This document shows, in pieces, positions 29,046-40,585 of a stretch of 64,000 nt of DNA. The DNA is taken from NCBI GenBank assembly GCA_947498315.1, contig CANMLD010000003.1:429-64428 (forward strand). The letters are read 5' to 3'. Under the pieces are notes generated by a model. It was not told the origin of the DNA. It saw nothing but the letters and a program-made list of their open reading frames with translations, and searched no databases. How positions within the stretch are numbered: the stretch's first letter is position 1; each line of letters begins with the position of its first letter. Position numbers and translations under genes: made by a program. Source of the DNA: Pseudomonadota bacterium (lineage in GTDB: Bacteria; Myxococcota_A; UBA9042; GCA-2863065).

Positions 29046-32000
29046 GGGACCAGGGTGGTCTCGCCTGCGGTCCCCGAGGCGAGATGGATGAGGAGGGCGA
29101 CCGTGCTGTCGTTGCCAAAGAGGATGGCGTTGGCGATGGTGCCTGCTGTGAGGTTGAGCGGGCAGCTGCGGTTTGGGGCGCCGTCGCCATTGGTGTCGAC
29201 CATGAGCTTGCTGCTCGTGTACACGGTCGCGTAGCCACTGGACTTACCGGGTTCGAGCGTGGCTGCGAGAGGGCCGCTCAGCCCGTAGCTCGGGGCGCTA
29301 CCGGCGTGGATGATGCGCACACGCGCGTCGCCTGAAGGCGGCGGTGTTGGGTCGTCAGTGAACAGAGCGACGCTCGGGCCCACGCCGTAAAGGACCGCCG
29401 TGTGATCGAAGCCCGGGTTCAGAAGAGGCAGGCTCGCGAGCGGCACGGGCGCGTTCGGCGTGGTTACGGCCAGCGTCGCGCCCGGTGCGAGCTCGAGATA
29501 GGCGGTCGCTTTGGTGTAGAGGAGGCCGCTGAAGACGGCTTGTGCGTCCGAGAGGAGGTCGAGTGACGGCGTCCCCGAGTAGACGTTTACGACGGACACG
29601 AAGGCAGGCAGGTCGGGGGATGTACACGGCACGATCGTGGGGGCGCCCGTCATTGGGGCGACCCACGCGGCGAGCCCACCGTCCTGCACGAAGAGGGCGA
29701 CATGGGCCGACCCACCTGACGTGCCATCGAGTGCGCAGATGGCCTCGGGGGCGCTGTCGCCGGCGAAGTCGACCTCGAGATTGACCGGCCCCGCTGTGGT
29801 GACGAAGGCCGCGGATGCCGCCCCGAGCCCGAGGGGCGACAGGGGGACGGCGGGGCCTTGGGTGGGGCGAGCGGTGACGTCGTAGTTGGCGTTCGCCGCC
29901 CCCTGCAGCACTCGCCAGCGCGTTGCGCCGGTCTCGGCAGGCTCATGGACGAGTGCTAACGCGACGGGCGCCGTCCCGAGCGCGAACGCCGACGCGCGGT
30001 CGCCCTTGTCGACGGTGAAGGACGCCGTCGACGCGCTCTCGCCCGCGAAGCCGAGGGTGATTTGGTGCGGGCCCGCGTCGAGGCCGAGCTCTTCGCTCGT
30101 GGCCGGCGCGACGACGAGCGTCGTGAGCTGACCGTCGAGCGCGACCGTAACGGGATCGGGCGTCACAGCGAAGATGCGCAAGGTCGCGTCGGTCGGTTTG
30201 GTGCACTCCACCAACTCAGGCGGTGGGGCCATCGTGCCGTCAATGGCGCGTTGGACGATCAACACTCGTCCACCCTTGGGACGGGTCGCTATGAACGCGG
30301 TCAGCGCGTCGCCCGCCTTCAGCGTCGAGAGTGTGCATTCGAGTCGACCCGTGCCGTCGGTGATGGCAATGGTCGTCGATGCGGCGTTGACGTTTAGAGA
30401 GGACGAGGTCTGGCCGAGCGCGAGCCCCTCGCTGAAGTCGATATCGCCGGTTGGGGTGACGAGGGCCAGATCGACCGCGCCGGTCCCCGTGGCGGCGTGG
30501 ACGACTCGCAGCGCCACGGTGGTCGCGTCGCTCGAGACCATGTCGGCGATGAGGAGCCAGCTGATCCCTGCGTTGTTGCCGACCAGCGCTGTGGTGTAGG
30601 TCTGGCCTTCGGAGAGGAGCACCGGACCGAGGCTCGCCGTGAGCGCGCCTGCGGTCGCGATTGCGGTGAAGGCGTCCACCGTGACGTTCGTGATGGGTGA
30701 CTCGTTACCGAAGGCCAGAAGGGGCAGGAGCTCGTCGTTCACGGTCGCTGTTACGGGGAGGTTGAGGCGAGCCGCTTGCAGCAGACGCACGGGCGTCTTT
30801 TCGGGGGGTTCGCAAGGCACGACCGCGACTCCGCCGGTCCAGGCCAGCAGCTCGGTGGTGTCACTCGGCCCGTCTCGGAGGACGAGAGATGCAGCCACGC
30901 CCGCTGGGAACACCCCTGCACGGCAGACCAGAGTGGGGGCTTTCACCTCGCCACCGGGGCCGACGCCGAACATGAGCGCGGTCCCATCGATGGTGACCTG
31001 CGTCGCCTCGCCAACCGAGAGGTCGGCGACGGTCGCCCACTCGGGGACAGCGTCTGCTCCGGCGTCGATCAACGCGTAGAGTCCAACGGGACCCAGCGCT
31101 TCTGCGACGTGGCCGGCTCCGAGCACGGGGCCTTCGGGCGTGCCGAGGGGCGTGCTGGTCACGACCACGCCGAGCTTGCCAGCGATCTCCCAGACGATGA
31201 GATCGACCTTTGCGCCCGCCTCGAGGGCGAGCTTGGGCAGGACAGCGGGGAGCGACGGGCCGGTACCGGCGGTCACGGCGACTCGGAAGGTGAGATCGCC
31301 CGCCGGGAGGTTGAACGGGGCGCTGGCGGACGAGTGGGCTTGTGCGGAGATCAGGGTCTCTACCGCGCCTTCGTAGTACCAGCCGATGTCGACGGTGCGG
31401 GTCCGCGTGGCGTTCAGAACGCGCACGGTGCCTGTGGGAACGTCGGGGACTGTACATGGCGACAGCGCAGGTGCGGCACCCGGCACGTCGTTCAGGATCG
31501 TGAGCGCGTCTGGCGTACCGTCGACGCTCGTCTCGCCTGCCGGCAGCAGCACGGCGATGGCGTTGGGCGCGACGGCACAGATCGCCGTGAGTTGGCCGGC
31601 GCGTACGAGCTGCTCGCCCGGTGCGACGAGCCGGCTCTCGAAAGCGGGCAACGGCCCGGGGCCGTCCGCTTCCGGGTCCCCCAGGATGAGGTCGGCAAGG
31701 GGTGAGACCAGGAGGGACGTGCCGGCAGGCGGGACGGGGAGGACCACGAGGCGTGGAATAGCCGCGTCGCTCATAGCGACGATGGTCTGACGGTCCCCGC
31801 CCTCGAGCGCGAGGGTGGCTTCCGCAAGGGGCTCATCAGGGGCGCTCGGGGCGGCGACGTCGGCGACGCTGGCGATGGCCGGCACGGTCGCCCAGCCGGA
31901 CGCGCTTGGGAAGGCTCCCGACGCCAGCGTGGTCCCGTCGAATCGGAGAAGGAGGGGTGTGACGCCGTCGGCGGCGTGTAGGAACCGGAGCTCGGCGCGC

Positions 32001-32767
32001 GCGTCGCGTTCGGCGCACTCCAGCAGGCGGGTGGCCGTGCGCCCGACCGCGAGGACCCCGGCATGGTCGGGCGCGCTAGCCGGGCCACCTAGCACGACGA
32101 AGACGAGGGCATCGGAGCCGAGGTCGGGCAGCGCGCAGTCGAAGTAGCGCGTGAGGCCGTCAACGGCAGGTGAGGTGATGAGCCGCACGCCGAGGAGTGG
32201 GCTCGCCACCGTCGTCAACGAAGAGAGCTGGCGGGGGGTGAGCGGACCGGTGAGGGTGGCCGGCTGTACTGGTCCTAGGGGGCTCTGGTCGCTGGGCTGG
32301 GTGAGCTCGACCGTCGGGAGCGCCGTCGCTCCAGAGAGGCCGCGGACGCGAAGTGCCCCTTTTGGGGCGGCTGGCGGATCTTCGAGGACGACCGCGCCTG
32401 CGTCGGTCAAGACGGCGGTGTAGCGTCGGCCGGCGCGCCATGTCGTGAAGGGGAGGGGCTCGCCGCCGACAGTGACGGTGGCCGACGCCATCGGGACGGG
32501 GAGGAAGCGTCCGACGTCAAAAGCAGAGACCGAGGCGGTCTCGCCGTTCACGGTCAGTGGCGTTGGAGCCGTAGTCGCGTTCACCAGGCGCAACGACGCC
32601 GGCTCTGTCGGATCGTAGGCCGTGGGTGCCGGTGCCGGGTTCTGGGACAGTGACGGCGCGATGGCCGCCGTCTCGCTGCAGGCGAGGGCCGCGAGCAGCA
32701 GTGCGCTGGCGGCGACGCTCATCCGGACAATTGAGAGAGCGGCCGGTCTGGTTACTGTGGACATCAA
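29030..32767 (-). CDS. Large secreted lipoprotein (~1230-1245 aa) with repeated DUF4397-like modules
   Basis: Signal + lipobox LLLAALACS. Recurring 'LRV.HA / VRVLNAT / VRIIHAGSAP' strand motifs typical of DUF4397 repeats. Strong GC3 bias. Confidence 0.55.
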   Translation of the reverse strand: MMSTVTRPAALSIVRMSVAASALLLAALACSETAAIAPSLSQNPAPAPTAYDPTEPASLRLVNATTAPTPLTVNGETASVSAFDVGRFLPVPMASATVTVGGEPLPFTTWRAGRRYTAVLTDAGAVVLEDPPAAPKGALRVRGLSGATALPTVELTQPSDQSPLGPVQPATLTGPLTPRQLSSLTTVASPLLGVRLITSPAVDGLTRYFDCALPDLGSDALVFVVLGGPASAPDHAGVLAVGRTATRLLECAERDARAELRFLHAADGVTPLLLRFDGTTLASGAFPSASGWATVPAIASVADVAAPSAPDEPLAEATLALEGGDRQTIVAMSDAAIPRLVVLPVPPAGTSLLVSPLADLILGDPEADGPGPLPAFESRLVAPGEQLVRAGQLTAICAVAPNAIAVLLPAGETSVDGTPDALTILNDVPGAAPALSPCTVPDVPTGTVRVLNATRTRTVDIGWYYEGAVETLISAQAHSSASAPFNLPAGDLTFRVAVTAGTGPSLPAVLPKLALEAGAKVDLIVWEIAGKLGVVVTSTPLGTPEGPVLGAGHVAEALGPVGLYALIDAGADAVPEWATVADLSVGEATQVTIDGTALMFGVGPGGEVKAPTLVCRAGVFPAGVAASLVLRDGPSDTTELLAWTGGVAVVPCEPPEKTPVRLLQAARLNLPVTATVNDELLPLLAFGNESPITNVTVDAFTAIATAGALTASLGPVLLSEGQTYTTALVGNNAGISWLLIADMVSSDATTVALRVVHAATGTGAVDLALVTPTGDIDFSEGLALGQTSSSLNVNAASTTIAITDGTGRLECTLSTLKAGDALTAFIATRPKGGRVLIVQRAIDGTMAPPPELVECTKPTDATLRIFAVTPDPVTVALDGQLTTLVVAPATSEELGLDAGPHQITLGFAGESASTASFTVDKGDRASAFALGTAPVALALVHEPAETGATRWRVLQGAANANYDVTARPTQGPAVPLSPLGLGAASAAFVTTAGPVNLEVDFAGDSAPEAICALDGTSGGSAHVALFVQDGGLAAWVAPMTGAPTIVPCTSPDLPAFVSVVNVYSGTPSLDLLSDAQAVFSGLLYTKATAYLELAPGATLAVTTPNAPVPLASLPLLNPGFDHTAVLYGVGPSVALFTDDPTPPPSGDARVRIIHAGSAPSYGLSGPLAATLEPGKSSGYATVYTSSKLMVDTNGDGAPNRSCPLNLTAGTIANAILFGNDSTVALLIHLASGTAGETTLVPCPSL

Positions 32768-32803
32768 CGCGGAAGGTATAGGGCGGACTGGCGAGGCGCA
32801 ACG

Positions 32804-33895
32804 CTACCCGTGAGTGCGAGCGAACTCCGCCATGAACTGGGTGAGAGCGTCCACGCTCTCTATCGGCAACGCGTTGTAGAGCGATGCACGCACGCCACCG
32901 AAGGCGCGGTGGCCCCTCAGGCCAACAAAACCCTGACTTTCGGATTCACTGAAGAAGATGGCCTCGAGCTCCGGCGTCGGCAGCCGAAAGGTCGCGTTCA
33001 TGAGCGAGCGGTGGTGCGGGCGCGCGCAGCCCCGATAGAAGCCGGCCGACCCGTCGATGGCGCCGTAAAGTCGGCCTGCCTTGAACGTGTTTCGATCTGC
33101 CATCGCCTCGAGTCCGCCGACCTCGTCGCGTAGCCATCGCGTCACGAGCATCACGATGTAGACCGCGAAGCACGGTGGCGTGTTGTGCATCGACTTGCCG
33201 GCGACCTGGGTGGGGTAGCTGAGCATGGCGAGTCCGTTCTGGCGGGCGCGTTCGAGCATGCCGTCCGAGACGATGGCGACGGTGACGCCGGCGGCGCCTG
33301 CGTTCTTCTGGGCCCCGGCGTAGTAGAGGCCGAAGCGTGTCAGGTCGACGGGGCGAGAGAGGAAGTCGCTCGAGGCGTCGCAAACGACGGGGACGGCGCC
33401 CGTTGCGGGGACGTGCGCCGTTTGGACGCCCTCGATGGTCTCGTTCGACGTGTAGTGGAGGTAGTCGGCGTCGGGGTCGAGCGAGAGCTCCGAGTCCGAG
33501 GGCATTCGCGACCAGCCCTCGTCGGCGCCGCTCCAGGCGACGCGGGCGGCGATCGTACCGGTGATGGGGGGGCTGCGCCGTGCGTCTTCCCAGGCTTTCT
33601 TGCCCCAGGTGCCGGCGACGACGTAGTCGGCGGAACGCCGGAGGAAGTTGTAGGGGACCATGGCGAACTGCAGCGACGCGCCGCCTTGCTGGAAGAGCAC
33701 CCGATAGTCCGCGGGGATCTTCAGCAACGTCCGGAGGTTGCGCTCCGCCTCGTCGATGACCGCTTCGAAGGGCGGGGTGCGGTGGCTGACTTCGAGGATC
33801 GAGGTGCCGGTCGAGCCGAACTCAGGGAGATCAGCGCCGATCTGCGCGATCACGGGAGCGGGGAGGATGCCGGGGCCGGGAGAGAAGTTGTGCAT
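32804..33895 (-). CDS. serC: Phosphoserine aminotransferase
   Basis: N-terminal MHNFSPGPGILP...GTSILEVSHRTPPF matches the SerC signature. Confidence 0.8.
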   Translation of the reverse strand: MHNFSPGPGILPAPVIAQIGADLPEFGSTGTSILEVSHRTPPFEAVIDEAERNLRTLLKIPADYRVLFQQGGASLQFAMVPYNFLRRSADYVVAGTWGKKAWEDARRSPPITGTIAARVAWSGADEGWSRMPSDSELSLDPDADYLHYTSNETIEGVQTAHVPATGAVPVVCDASSDFLSRPVDLTRFGLYYAGAQKNAGAAGVTVAIVSDGMLERARQNGLAMLSYPTQVAGKSMHNTPPCFAVYIVMLVTRWLRDEVGGLEAMADRNTFKAGRLYGAIDGSAGFYRGCARPHHRSLMNATFRLPTPELEAIFFSESESQGFVGLRGHRAFGGVRASLYNALPIESVDALTQFMAEFARTHG

Positions 33896-33949
33896 GATCG
33901 CCCCAGCATCCCGCAGGGCGGCAGTCTACTGCAAGGATCATGGATGAAG

Positions 33950-36900
33950 TCAGCTTGTGGAGACGCCCTTTCGTGGGCGTCCGCGGGGCTTGGCCGGGGC
34001 GGCCGCGTCCGTAGTCAGTGCCTTTGGCGTCGGTGGCGTCGTCGGTGTCGTCGTCGGTTTCGCAACCGGCGTGACGTGATGGGGGTGCAGCAGCGGCTTC
34101 AGGTAGCGTCCTGTATGGCTGGCTTCGACCCCGGCGACCTGCTCCGGCGTGCCGGTCGCGACGAGGCGTCCACCATGGGCGCCGCCTTCGGGGCCGAGGT
34201 CGATGAGCCAGTCGGCACACTTAACGACGTCGAGGTTGTGTTCGATGACCAGGACCGAATTGCTTTGCCCGACAAGGCGTTGCAGGACCTCGATGAGCTT
34301 CCGAACGTCTTCGAAGTGAAGGCCGGTCGTGGGCTCGTCGAGGACGAAGAGCGTGTGTTCGCGCGCCATGCGACGCGAGGAGGCTCCTTTGCCGAGCTCG
34401 GTCGCGAGCTTGACGCGCTGCGCTTCGCCGCCCGATAGGGTCGTCGATGGCTGTCCGAGGGTGATGTAGCCGAGTCCGACGTCGCGGAGGCACTCGACCA
34501 TGGTGCGGATCTTGGGCTGAACGTCGAAGTAGGAGCACGCGTCTTCGACGGTCATGCCGAGGACGTCGGCGATGTTCTTGTCTTTGAATGTGATCGCCAA
34601 CGTGTCGCGGTTGAAGCGAGTCCCTCCGCAGACCTCGCAGGTGACGTGCACGTCCGGGAGGAAGTGCATGGTGATCTTCTTCTGGCCTTGGCCCGCGCAG
34701 CCTTCGCACCGACCGCCTTTGACGTTGAACGAAAAGCGGCCGGCTTCATAACCACGTACTTTCGCGGCGGGCGTCTTGGCGAACAGCTTTCGGATCTCGT
34801 CGAAGATGCCGGTGTAGGTCGCCGGGTTGGAGCGGGGCGTACGACCGATCGGATCTTGGTCGACTTCGACGAGGCGGTCGACGGCGTCGAGGCCCTCGAC
34901 GCGATCGTGTTCACCCGGGACCACGCCACGCCGACCGACGTGGACCTCGGCGACTCTCAGCAAAATGTCGTTTACGAGTGTGGACTTACCCGAGCCAGAG
35001 ACGCCCGTGACGCACACGAGGCCACCGAGCGGTACGGCGACGTCGATGCCCTTCAAGTTGTTGTGGCGGGCACCGCGTACTGTGAGGGCGCGCGCTTCGG
35101 AGAGGGGGCGGCGTTCCGATGGGTGTGGGGTCTCGACCTGGCGGCGCCCGGAGAGGTAGAGGCCGGTGATGGACGTCGGATGAGCCGCGATGTCTTCGAC
35201 CGTGCCTTGCGCGACGATGCGGCCGCCGTGGATGCCGGGTCCGGGCCCGACGTCGACCACGTGGTCCGCGGCGCGGATCATCTCTTCGTCGTGCTCGACG
35301 ACCAGCACGGTGTTACCGATGTCGGCGAGGTGGCGGAGGGTGTTGATCAGGCGCGTATTGTCGCGGGAATGCAGGCCGATGGTGGGCTCGTCGAGGACGT
35401 AGGTAGCGCCGACGATGCCCGAGCCGACCTGAGACGCGAGCCGGATGCGCTGGGCTTCACCGCCTGACAGGGAGAGTGTCTTGCGATCGAGCGACAGGTA
35501 TTCGAGGCCGACCGACGCGAGGAAGCCGAGTCGGGCCCGCACCTCCTTCAGGATGGGCGCCGCGATGGCCTGCTGTTCGTGGGTCAAGACGAGCGCAGCG
35601 ACTTGATCGACCGCGGTCTCGATCGTCATGTGAGTGAAGTCGGCGATGTTCAGCCAGGCGGGGCTCGCGTCTAGGCCGTGTCGCTTCCGGGCAGCAAGGA
35701 GCGACGCCGGGGGGGCGACCGAGGTCGGGATGGCGACCGAGAGCGCTTTGATGTTGAGCCGGGCGCCGTGACACTCGCCGCAGGGGCGAGACGCTTGGAA
35801 CTGCGGGAGGAACTCCTTCGCCCACTCGGACTCCGTGCGCTCGAGCCAGTCGGTGAGCATGGGGATGACGCCGCTCCAGCTCGCGCCGAAGCGGGTGACG
35901 TCGTCGGGAGTCGTGCCATGGAGCAGGATTCGGCGTCGCGCGGCGTCGAGCTCGCCGACCGTGGTCGTGCGCGACAGCTTGAAGTCACGGACGAAGCGTC
36001 GGATGAGGGGGCCTGAGAAGATGCCCGCCGGACCGCTGCCCTTCCATGGAGCGATCCCGCCGTGTTCGAGCGCGAGCGCGTCGTCCGGAAGGACCAGCTC
36101 GGGCGAGAACTCGTAGAGCTCGCCGAGGCCTTGGCAGGTGCTACACGCGCCGAAGTGCGAGTTGAAGCTGAAAAGACGCGGCTCGAGCTCGTCGAGGGCG
36201 ACGTCCGGGTGCAGCGCACACGCCCAATGCTCGCTGTAGATGGAGTCGATCCAGGTGTCGTCGTCGCCCGCGACAGCGACGATGACGACGCCGCCGCCGG
36301 TGGCGAGCGCAGTCTCGACCGAGCTGGTGAGGCGGGCTCGAGCGTCGGACTTGACGACGATGCGATCGACGACGGCTTCGACGTCGTGTTTCTCGTAGCG
36401 GCCGAGGCCGAGGGGGTTGTCGCCGCCTTTGGCCAGGGTCTCGGCGATGTCGACGATGGCGCCGTTCACGCGAGCACGAGCGAAGCCCTTGCCACCGAGC
36501 TCCTCGAGGACCTCTTTGTGGAAACCCTTCTTGCCGCGCACGACGGGCGCGAGCACGACCATCTTGGCGCCCGCGTGCTGCTTCATGACGTGGTCGCCGA
36601 TGTGCTGCGGGTCCGACTTCTGGATCGGGAGCCCGCAGCGTCGTGTGATCGTGCCGTCCTTCGCCATCGATTCGGGGTGCCAGCAGCGAGGCGCGCCGGC
36701 GCGGGCGAACAGGAGCCGGAGGTAGTCGTAGATCTCGGTCGTGGTCGCGACCGTAGACCGTGGGTTCTTGGCGGCGGCTCGTTGTTCGATGGCGATGGTC
36801 GGCGTGAGGCCTTCGATGCTCTCGACGTCCGGCTTGCGGAGCTGCTCGAGGAACTGCCGCGCGTACGCAGACAAGGACTCCATGTACTTACGCTGGCCTT

Positions 36901-37165
36901 CGGCGAAGATCGTGTCGAACGCGAGAGAGCTCTTCCCCGAGCCCGAGAGGCCAGTCATCACGGTGAGTACGTCGCGCGGGATGTCGATGTCGACGCCCTT
37001 CAAGTTGTGCTCGCGTGCGCCACGCACTCGTATGGCCCGAATCGGCTCGACGCGACCCACGCCCCTCTTGAACGTCTGCGGGGGTGGTTTCAACGCGTCG
37101 TCTGTTCTCGTTGCCTGGTTTCGCCCAGGGCCGTCGAGCGTATTCGACTTGGGTGGGCTGCTCAT
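33950..37165 (-). CDS. uvrA: Excinuclease ABC subunit A (UvrA) with a short N-terminal extension
   Basis: [19 protein letters not shown]. Two ABC modules ([27 protein letters not shown]) and zinc-finger Cys motifs. Start ATG at 37165 chosen over the longer listed ORF. Confidence 0.9.
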   Translation of the reverse strand: MSSPPKSNTLDGPGRNQATRTDDALKPPPQTFKRGVGRVEPIRAIRVRGAREHNLKGVDIDIPRDVLTVMTGLSGSGKSSLAFDTIFAEGQRKYMESLSAYARQFLEQLRKPDVESIEGLTPTIAIEQRAAAKNPRSTVATTTEIYDYLRLLFARAGAPRCWHPESMAKDGTITRRCGLPIQKSDPQHIGDHVMKQHAGAKMVVLAPVVRGKKGFHKEVLEELGGKGFARARVNGAIVDIAETLAKGGDNPLGLGRYEKHDVEAVVDRIVVKSDARARLTSSVETALATGGGVVIVAVAGDDDTWIDSIYSEHWACALHPDVALDELEPRLFSFNSHFGACSTCQGLGELYEFSPELVLPDDALALEHGGIAPWKGSGPAGIFSGPLIRRFVRDFKLSRTTTVGELDAARRRILLHGTTPDDVTRFGASWSGVIPMLTDWLERTESEWAKEFLPQFQASRPCGECHGARLNIKALSVAIPTSVAPPASLLAARKRHGLDASPAWLNIADFTHMTIETAVDQVAALVLTHEQQAIAAPILKEVRARLGFLASVGLEYLSLDRKTLSLSGGEAQRIRLASQVGSGIVGATYVLDEPTIGLHSRDNTRLINTLRHLADIGNTVLVVEHDEEMIRAADHVVDVGPGPGIHGGRIVAQGTVEDIAAHPTSITGLYLSGRRQVETPHPSERRPLSEARALTVRGARHNNLKGIDVAVPLGGLVCVTGVSGSGKSTLVNDILLRVAEVHVGRRGVVPGEHDRVEGLDAVDRLVEVDQDPIGRTPRSNPATYTGIFDEIRKLFAKTPAAKVRGYEAGRFSFNVKGGRCEGCAGQGQKKITMHFLPDVHVTCEVCGGTRFNRDTLAITFKDKNIADVLGMTVEDACSYFDVQPKIRTMVECLRDVGLGYITLGQPSTTLSGGEAQRVKLATELGKGASSRRMAREHTLFVLDEPTTGLHFEDVRKLIEVLQRLVGQSNSVLVIEHNLDVVKCADWLIDLGPEGGAHGGRLVATGTPEQVAGVEASHTGRYLKPLLHPHHVTPVAKPTTTPTTPPTPKALTTDAAAPAKPRGRPRKGVSTS

Positions 37166-37467
37166 GAGCGCGCCGAGGACGTCCCCGGCAAGCGCGTCGA
37201 GCGACGTCGATGGGGTAGCTTGAGAAGGTTTCGGACGAGCGGTCGGCATGCATGCTCCTGAACAGGCGTATCGATGCCGAACGAGGCGTCGAGATGCAAC
37301 TCGAATTCGACGAAGGTTGCTTCAGCCCCCGCCGACGACACATCGCGCTCTGGGAGCAATGCCCTGGCGTTCGAGGTCATCCTCGTCGCTGAGATCCCCT
37401 CGTTATGGGCTTGAGCGGACCCAGCGGCGCGGCCTGGAACACGTTCTAGAATTCGTTTCATAAGCCT

Positions 37468-38979
37468 ATGAGAACATTGACGAGTTTCGGCGCCGGGCCT
37501 ACACCGCGCGCCATGCAGATGCACCCTACTTCGTGTGAACATGCACCCACTGCGCCCCTGGCCTCGGCTCCGAGCGCTGGCTCAGGTTGCCCCGTCCCGC
37601 ACGGCGCGGTCGAGACGCTCCACTTCGACGCCGTCGTGGTCGGCGGCGGGATCGCGGGCTCGACGACGGCAGCGGCGCTCGCTGATCGCGGCTTCAAGGT
37701 GCTCATTTGCGAAGCCGGGTTGCCGTCAAAGAAGCGGCTTGCAGGGGAGCTGCTGCACCCGCCGGGGGCAGCGGAGCTCGACGCGCTCGGCTTGCTCGAA
37801 CCCTTGAAGGCGGCGGGCGGGGTGCCGGTCTACGGCTTTGCGATCTTTAAGAACGCCGCTGATCCCGGCACGGTCCTCTCCTACAGCGAGATCCCTGGCG
37901 GTCGTCCAATCGGCATCGCGCTCGAACACGCCGTCCTGACCCGAACGTTGCTCGACGCGACCCGGGCGCGTCCAAACATCACGGTGTGGGAAGGCGGTCG
38001 TGTCCTCGGCGCAACCCCGAGTGTCGTTGGTAGTCCGTCGATGGTCGCGGTCCGAATGGGCGAGTCGGTCCGGCACGTTACGGCCCGCCTCATCGTGAGC
38101 GCGGAAGGGCGCGCCTCGAAGCTCCGCGAAGAAGCAGGCATCCAAACGCACGACGAAGCGCCGTTCCGAATGGTCGGCTGGGCGATCGAAGGGGCTCGGC
38201 TGCCCTTGCCGAGTTACGGCCACGTCTTCATCGGAGGCCCAACGCCGATTCTGGCGTACCAGGTGTCCAAAGACTCCGTCCGCATCATGTTCGAGCTCGG
38301 GATGGACGAGTCGACCGAGATTGGCCCCGAGCTGCTCGCGGCCCTCCCCGAACCCTTCCGCCGCGACGTGATTCGCGGCATGGCCAACTCACCGAAGGCC
38401 ACGGCGCGCTTCCAAGGCTTCAGGCCCGAGCGCGTCGTCGCAAACAACCTCGCAGTGGTGGGCGATGCCGGCGGCTGCGTCCACCCGCTCATCGCGTCGG
38501 GCATGTCTTTCTGCATCGCCGATGGGGTGCGCCTGGCCGCCTCCCTGAAGGATCCCGCGACCCCACTCACCGAGGGCCTGCAGAGCTACGAGATGGCCCG
38601 CTCCGGTCCGATGCGGACGCGCTCGGCGCTCGGCCCGGCGATGGTCGAAGCGCTTTGTTCGAAGGAGCCCTCGATGCGGCTCTTGCGCCACGGCCTCTTC
38701 CGCTATTGGTCGGGCAGCCCGCGGGGCCGTGGCGCGTCGATGGGCCTCCTCTCGACTCGTGAGGACTCCATGGTCGTCATGGCGCGCGAGTACGCTATCG
38801 TCTGCGCGCATGCGCTCGTCGGCGTCGGGACGGGCGCCGTCGCACGCCGCGAGGCCATCCCCGCCATCCGTGGCCTCGTTCAGCGAACGGCCGAGCTCGC
38901 CAAGGGTGTCATGCCGTCGCGGGAAGAGCTCGAAGCACGGGCCCTTGGGGCGCTCGGGCGGGTTGGGGCCCGGCGCTGA
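37468..38979 (+). CDS. FAD-dependent monooxygenase, squalene epoxidase-like
   Basis: GxGxxG FAD motif DAVVVGGGIAGS. RLAGELLHPPG resembles the squalene epoxidase 'GELLQPGG' motif. VGDAGGCVHPLIASGMSF resembles 'GDAxNMRHPLTGGGMTV'. Start could be 37513. Confidence 0.5.
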   Translation: MRTLTSFGAGPTPRAMQMHPTSCEHAPTAPLASAPSAGSGCPVPHGAVETLHFDAVVVGGGIAGSTTAAALADRGFKVLICEAGLPSKKRLAGELLHPPGAAELDALGLLEPLKAAGGVPVYGFAIFKNAADPGTVLSYSEIPGGRPIGIALEHAVLTRTLLDATRARPNITVWEGGRVLGATPSVVGSPSMVAVRMGESVRHVTARLIVSAEGRASKLREEAGIQTHDEAPFRMVGWAIEGARLPLPSYGHVFIGGPTPILAYQVSKDSVRIMFELGMDESTEIGPELLAALPEPFRRDVIRGMANSPKATARFQGFRPERVVANNLAVVGDAGGCVHPLIASGMSFCIADGVRLAASLKDPATPLTEGLQSYEMARSGPMRTRSALGPAMVEALCSKEPSMRLLRHGLFRYWSGSPRGRGASMGLLSTREDSMVVMAREYAIVCAHALVGVGTGAVARREAIPAIRGLVQRTAELAKGVMPSREELEARALGALGRVGARR

Positions 38980-38987
38980 GTCGAGCG

Positions 38988-39019
38988 CACCGAGTGGGTC
39001 GGACAAAATTCCGATTGGC
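38988..39019 (+). repeat. Intergenic ~32-bp motif caccgagtgggtcggacaaaattccgattggc, member of a 3-copy family (with 51037 and 51208)
   Basis: Near-identical to the reverse complement of 51208..51239 and similar to 51037..51070. Lies 9 nt after a stop codon. Confidence 0.55.
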
Positions 39020-39271
39020 ATCCACCCGCGATTTTGGTTGTGTCCCCATCACGGGCACTGATTCGTCGGAAACCGCGGCGAAAGCTCGCCAAAGTCGGTT
39101 TCGTGACGGAGGTGGTCCCGATGACCTGGGTCACTCAGGACCAAAAGGCGCGGCCCTGCCCGCGCCTCCCTGATCGATGCGCCCAAATCCGAGTCACGCC
39201 GCGAGTGTCACCGGGATTGACGCGTTGTTGTGATCGGCCACACCCCGTCAGCGACTTTGGTGGTGGGAGGC

Positions 39272-40447
39272 TCACGCCAGCGGCGGGGCTATTTCTAGGA
39301 CCTTCCGATAAACCGAGAGCGTCTCCCGCGCACACCGCTCCCATGTGAACGTCGCCGCTCTCGTCAGCGCCGCGTGACTCAGCGACCGTCGTCGTTCGGC
39401 GTCTCCTGCGAGAGATGAGAAGGCCTCTCTCAAGGCGGCATCGTCGAGTGGTGGCAGGAGGAGGGCGCCGTCGCCCGCGATCTCGGGGACGCAGCTCGCG
39501 TTTGCGGCGATGACCGGGGCGCCGCACGCCATCGCTTCGAGGAGGGTCATCCCGAAGCCCTCGTAGGTGCTCATCATCACGTGGCCGAGGGAGCGCCGGT
39601 ACAGAGACGGCATCGCCTCGATCGGGACGAAGCCGGCCATTACGACGCGATCGCGGACGCCGAGGGAGTCGGCGCGGGCCCGGAGGTCGGCCTCGACGCG
39701 CGCCGGGACGTTGCCGCAGATGAGCAGGCGCGAGTCGCCGCCCCTGTCCTCTCGAGCGGCGTTCGCGAAGGCAGCCACCATCTCCGGGACGCGCTTCCGC
39801 TCGTCGAAGCCCCCGACGTAGATGAAGAAGCGGTCGCTGCCCACGATGCGGCGCGCGACGTCGGCGTCCTGCGGCTCGGGGGCGCTCCGATAGTGGTGGT
39901 GATCGACGCCGTGGTGGACGACCGTGACCCGGTCGGATGGGAGCCCCGTGACGGCTTGTACGTCGCGCCGGGTCCAGTCCGAGATGGCGATGACGTGGTC
40001 CGGAAGGCGGTAGCGGACGCGATCCATGGTCGCCGTCACGATCCTCGGCAGCCAGGTCGGGCGGTAGGGCGGTCCGAGGAGGGTCGGGATGAGGTCGTGG
40101 CACGTGACGACCGTCTTCACGCCGGGGAGCTCCGGGGTCCCTTTGGGATCGGTCGCGTGGAAGAGCGAGGGCCGGTGGCGCACCAATTGTGCGGCGAGGC
40201 TCGTGTGCTTCAGCGCGTAATAGAGGGCGTAGGGGAGGGGGCGGCCGGAGGGGTCAGGGAGGGCGGCTCCGGCAGCGTGTCGGTCGAAGGTCCAGCGTCC
40301 GGTGAGGTGGGAGAGCGCGAGGTCGGCGACGTCACCACGTGCCATGGCCGCCGTCAGCGCCTCACCGAGCCGCGACGCGTACGTGCCGATACCGCGGAAG
40401 CGAGAGTTCGTGCTGAGAGGGGTGACGTCGAAGAGGACTTGATGCAC
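39272..40447 (-). CDS. Glycosyltransferase family 4 (GT-B, group 1)
   Basis: C-terminal domain with FIYVGGFDERKRV...STYEGFGMTLLEAMACGAPVIA, the EX7E-type signature region. Confidence 0.75.
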   Translation of the reverse strand: MHQVLFDVTPLSTNSRFRGIGTYASRLGEALTAAMARGDVADLALSHLTGRWTFDRHAAGAALPDPSGRPLPYALYYALKHTSLAAQLVRHRPSLFHATDPKGTPELPGVKTVVTCHDLIPTLLGPPYRPTWLPRIVTATMDRVRYRLPDHVIAISDWTRRDVQAVTGLPSDRVTVVHHGVDHHHYRSAPEPQDADVARRIVGSDRFFIYVGGFDERKRVPEMVAAFANAAREDRGGDSRLLICGNVPARVEADLRARADSLGVRDRVVMAGFVPIEAMPSLYRRSLGHVMMSTYEGFGMTLLEAMACGAPVIAANASCVPEIAGDGALLLPPLDDAALREAFSSLAGDAERRRSLSHAALTRAATFTWERCARETLSVYRKVLEIAPPLA

Positions 40448-40496
40448 GCCGGGAGCCTAGCTTAGCTCGGGCTCGGCCGCGACTACCGGGGATTGG

Positions 40497-40550
40497 TAGC
40501 CGCAGAGCAGTAGCCGCAGAGCAGTAGCCGCAGAGCAGTAGCCGGTGCAG
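40497..40550. repeat. Tandem repeat, 14-bp unit (tagccgcagagcag) x3.9, in the divergent region upstream of the GT4 gene
   Basis: Seen directly. Confidence 0.85.
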
Positions 40551-40585
40551 TACTGGAAGTGCATGGGGTCGCCGAAGGCAGCGCC

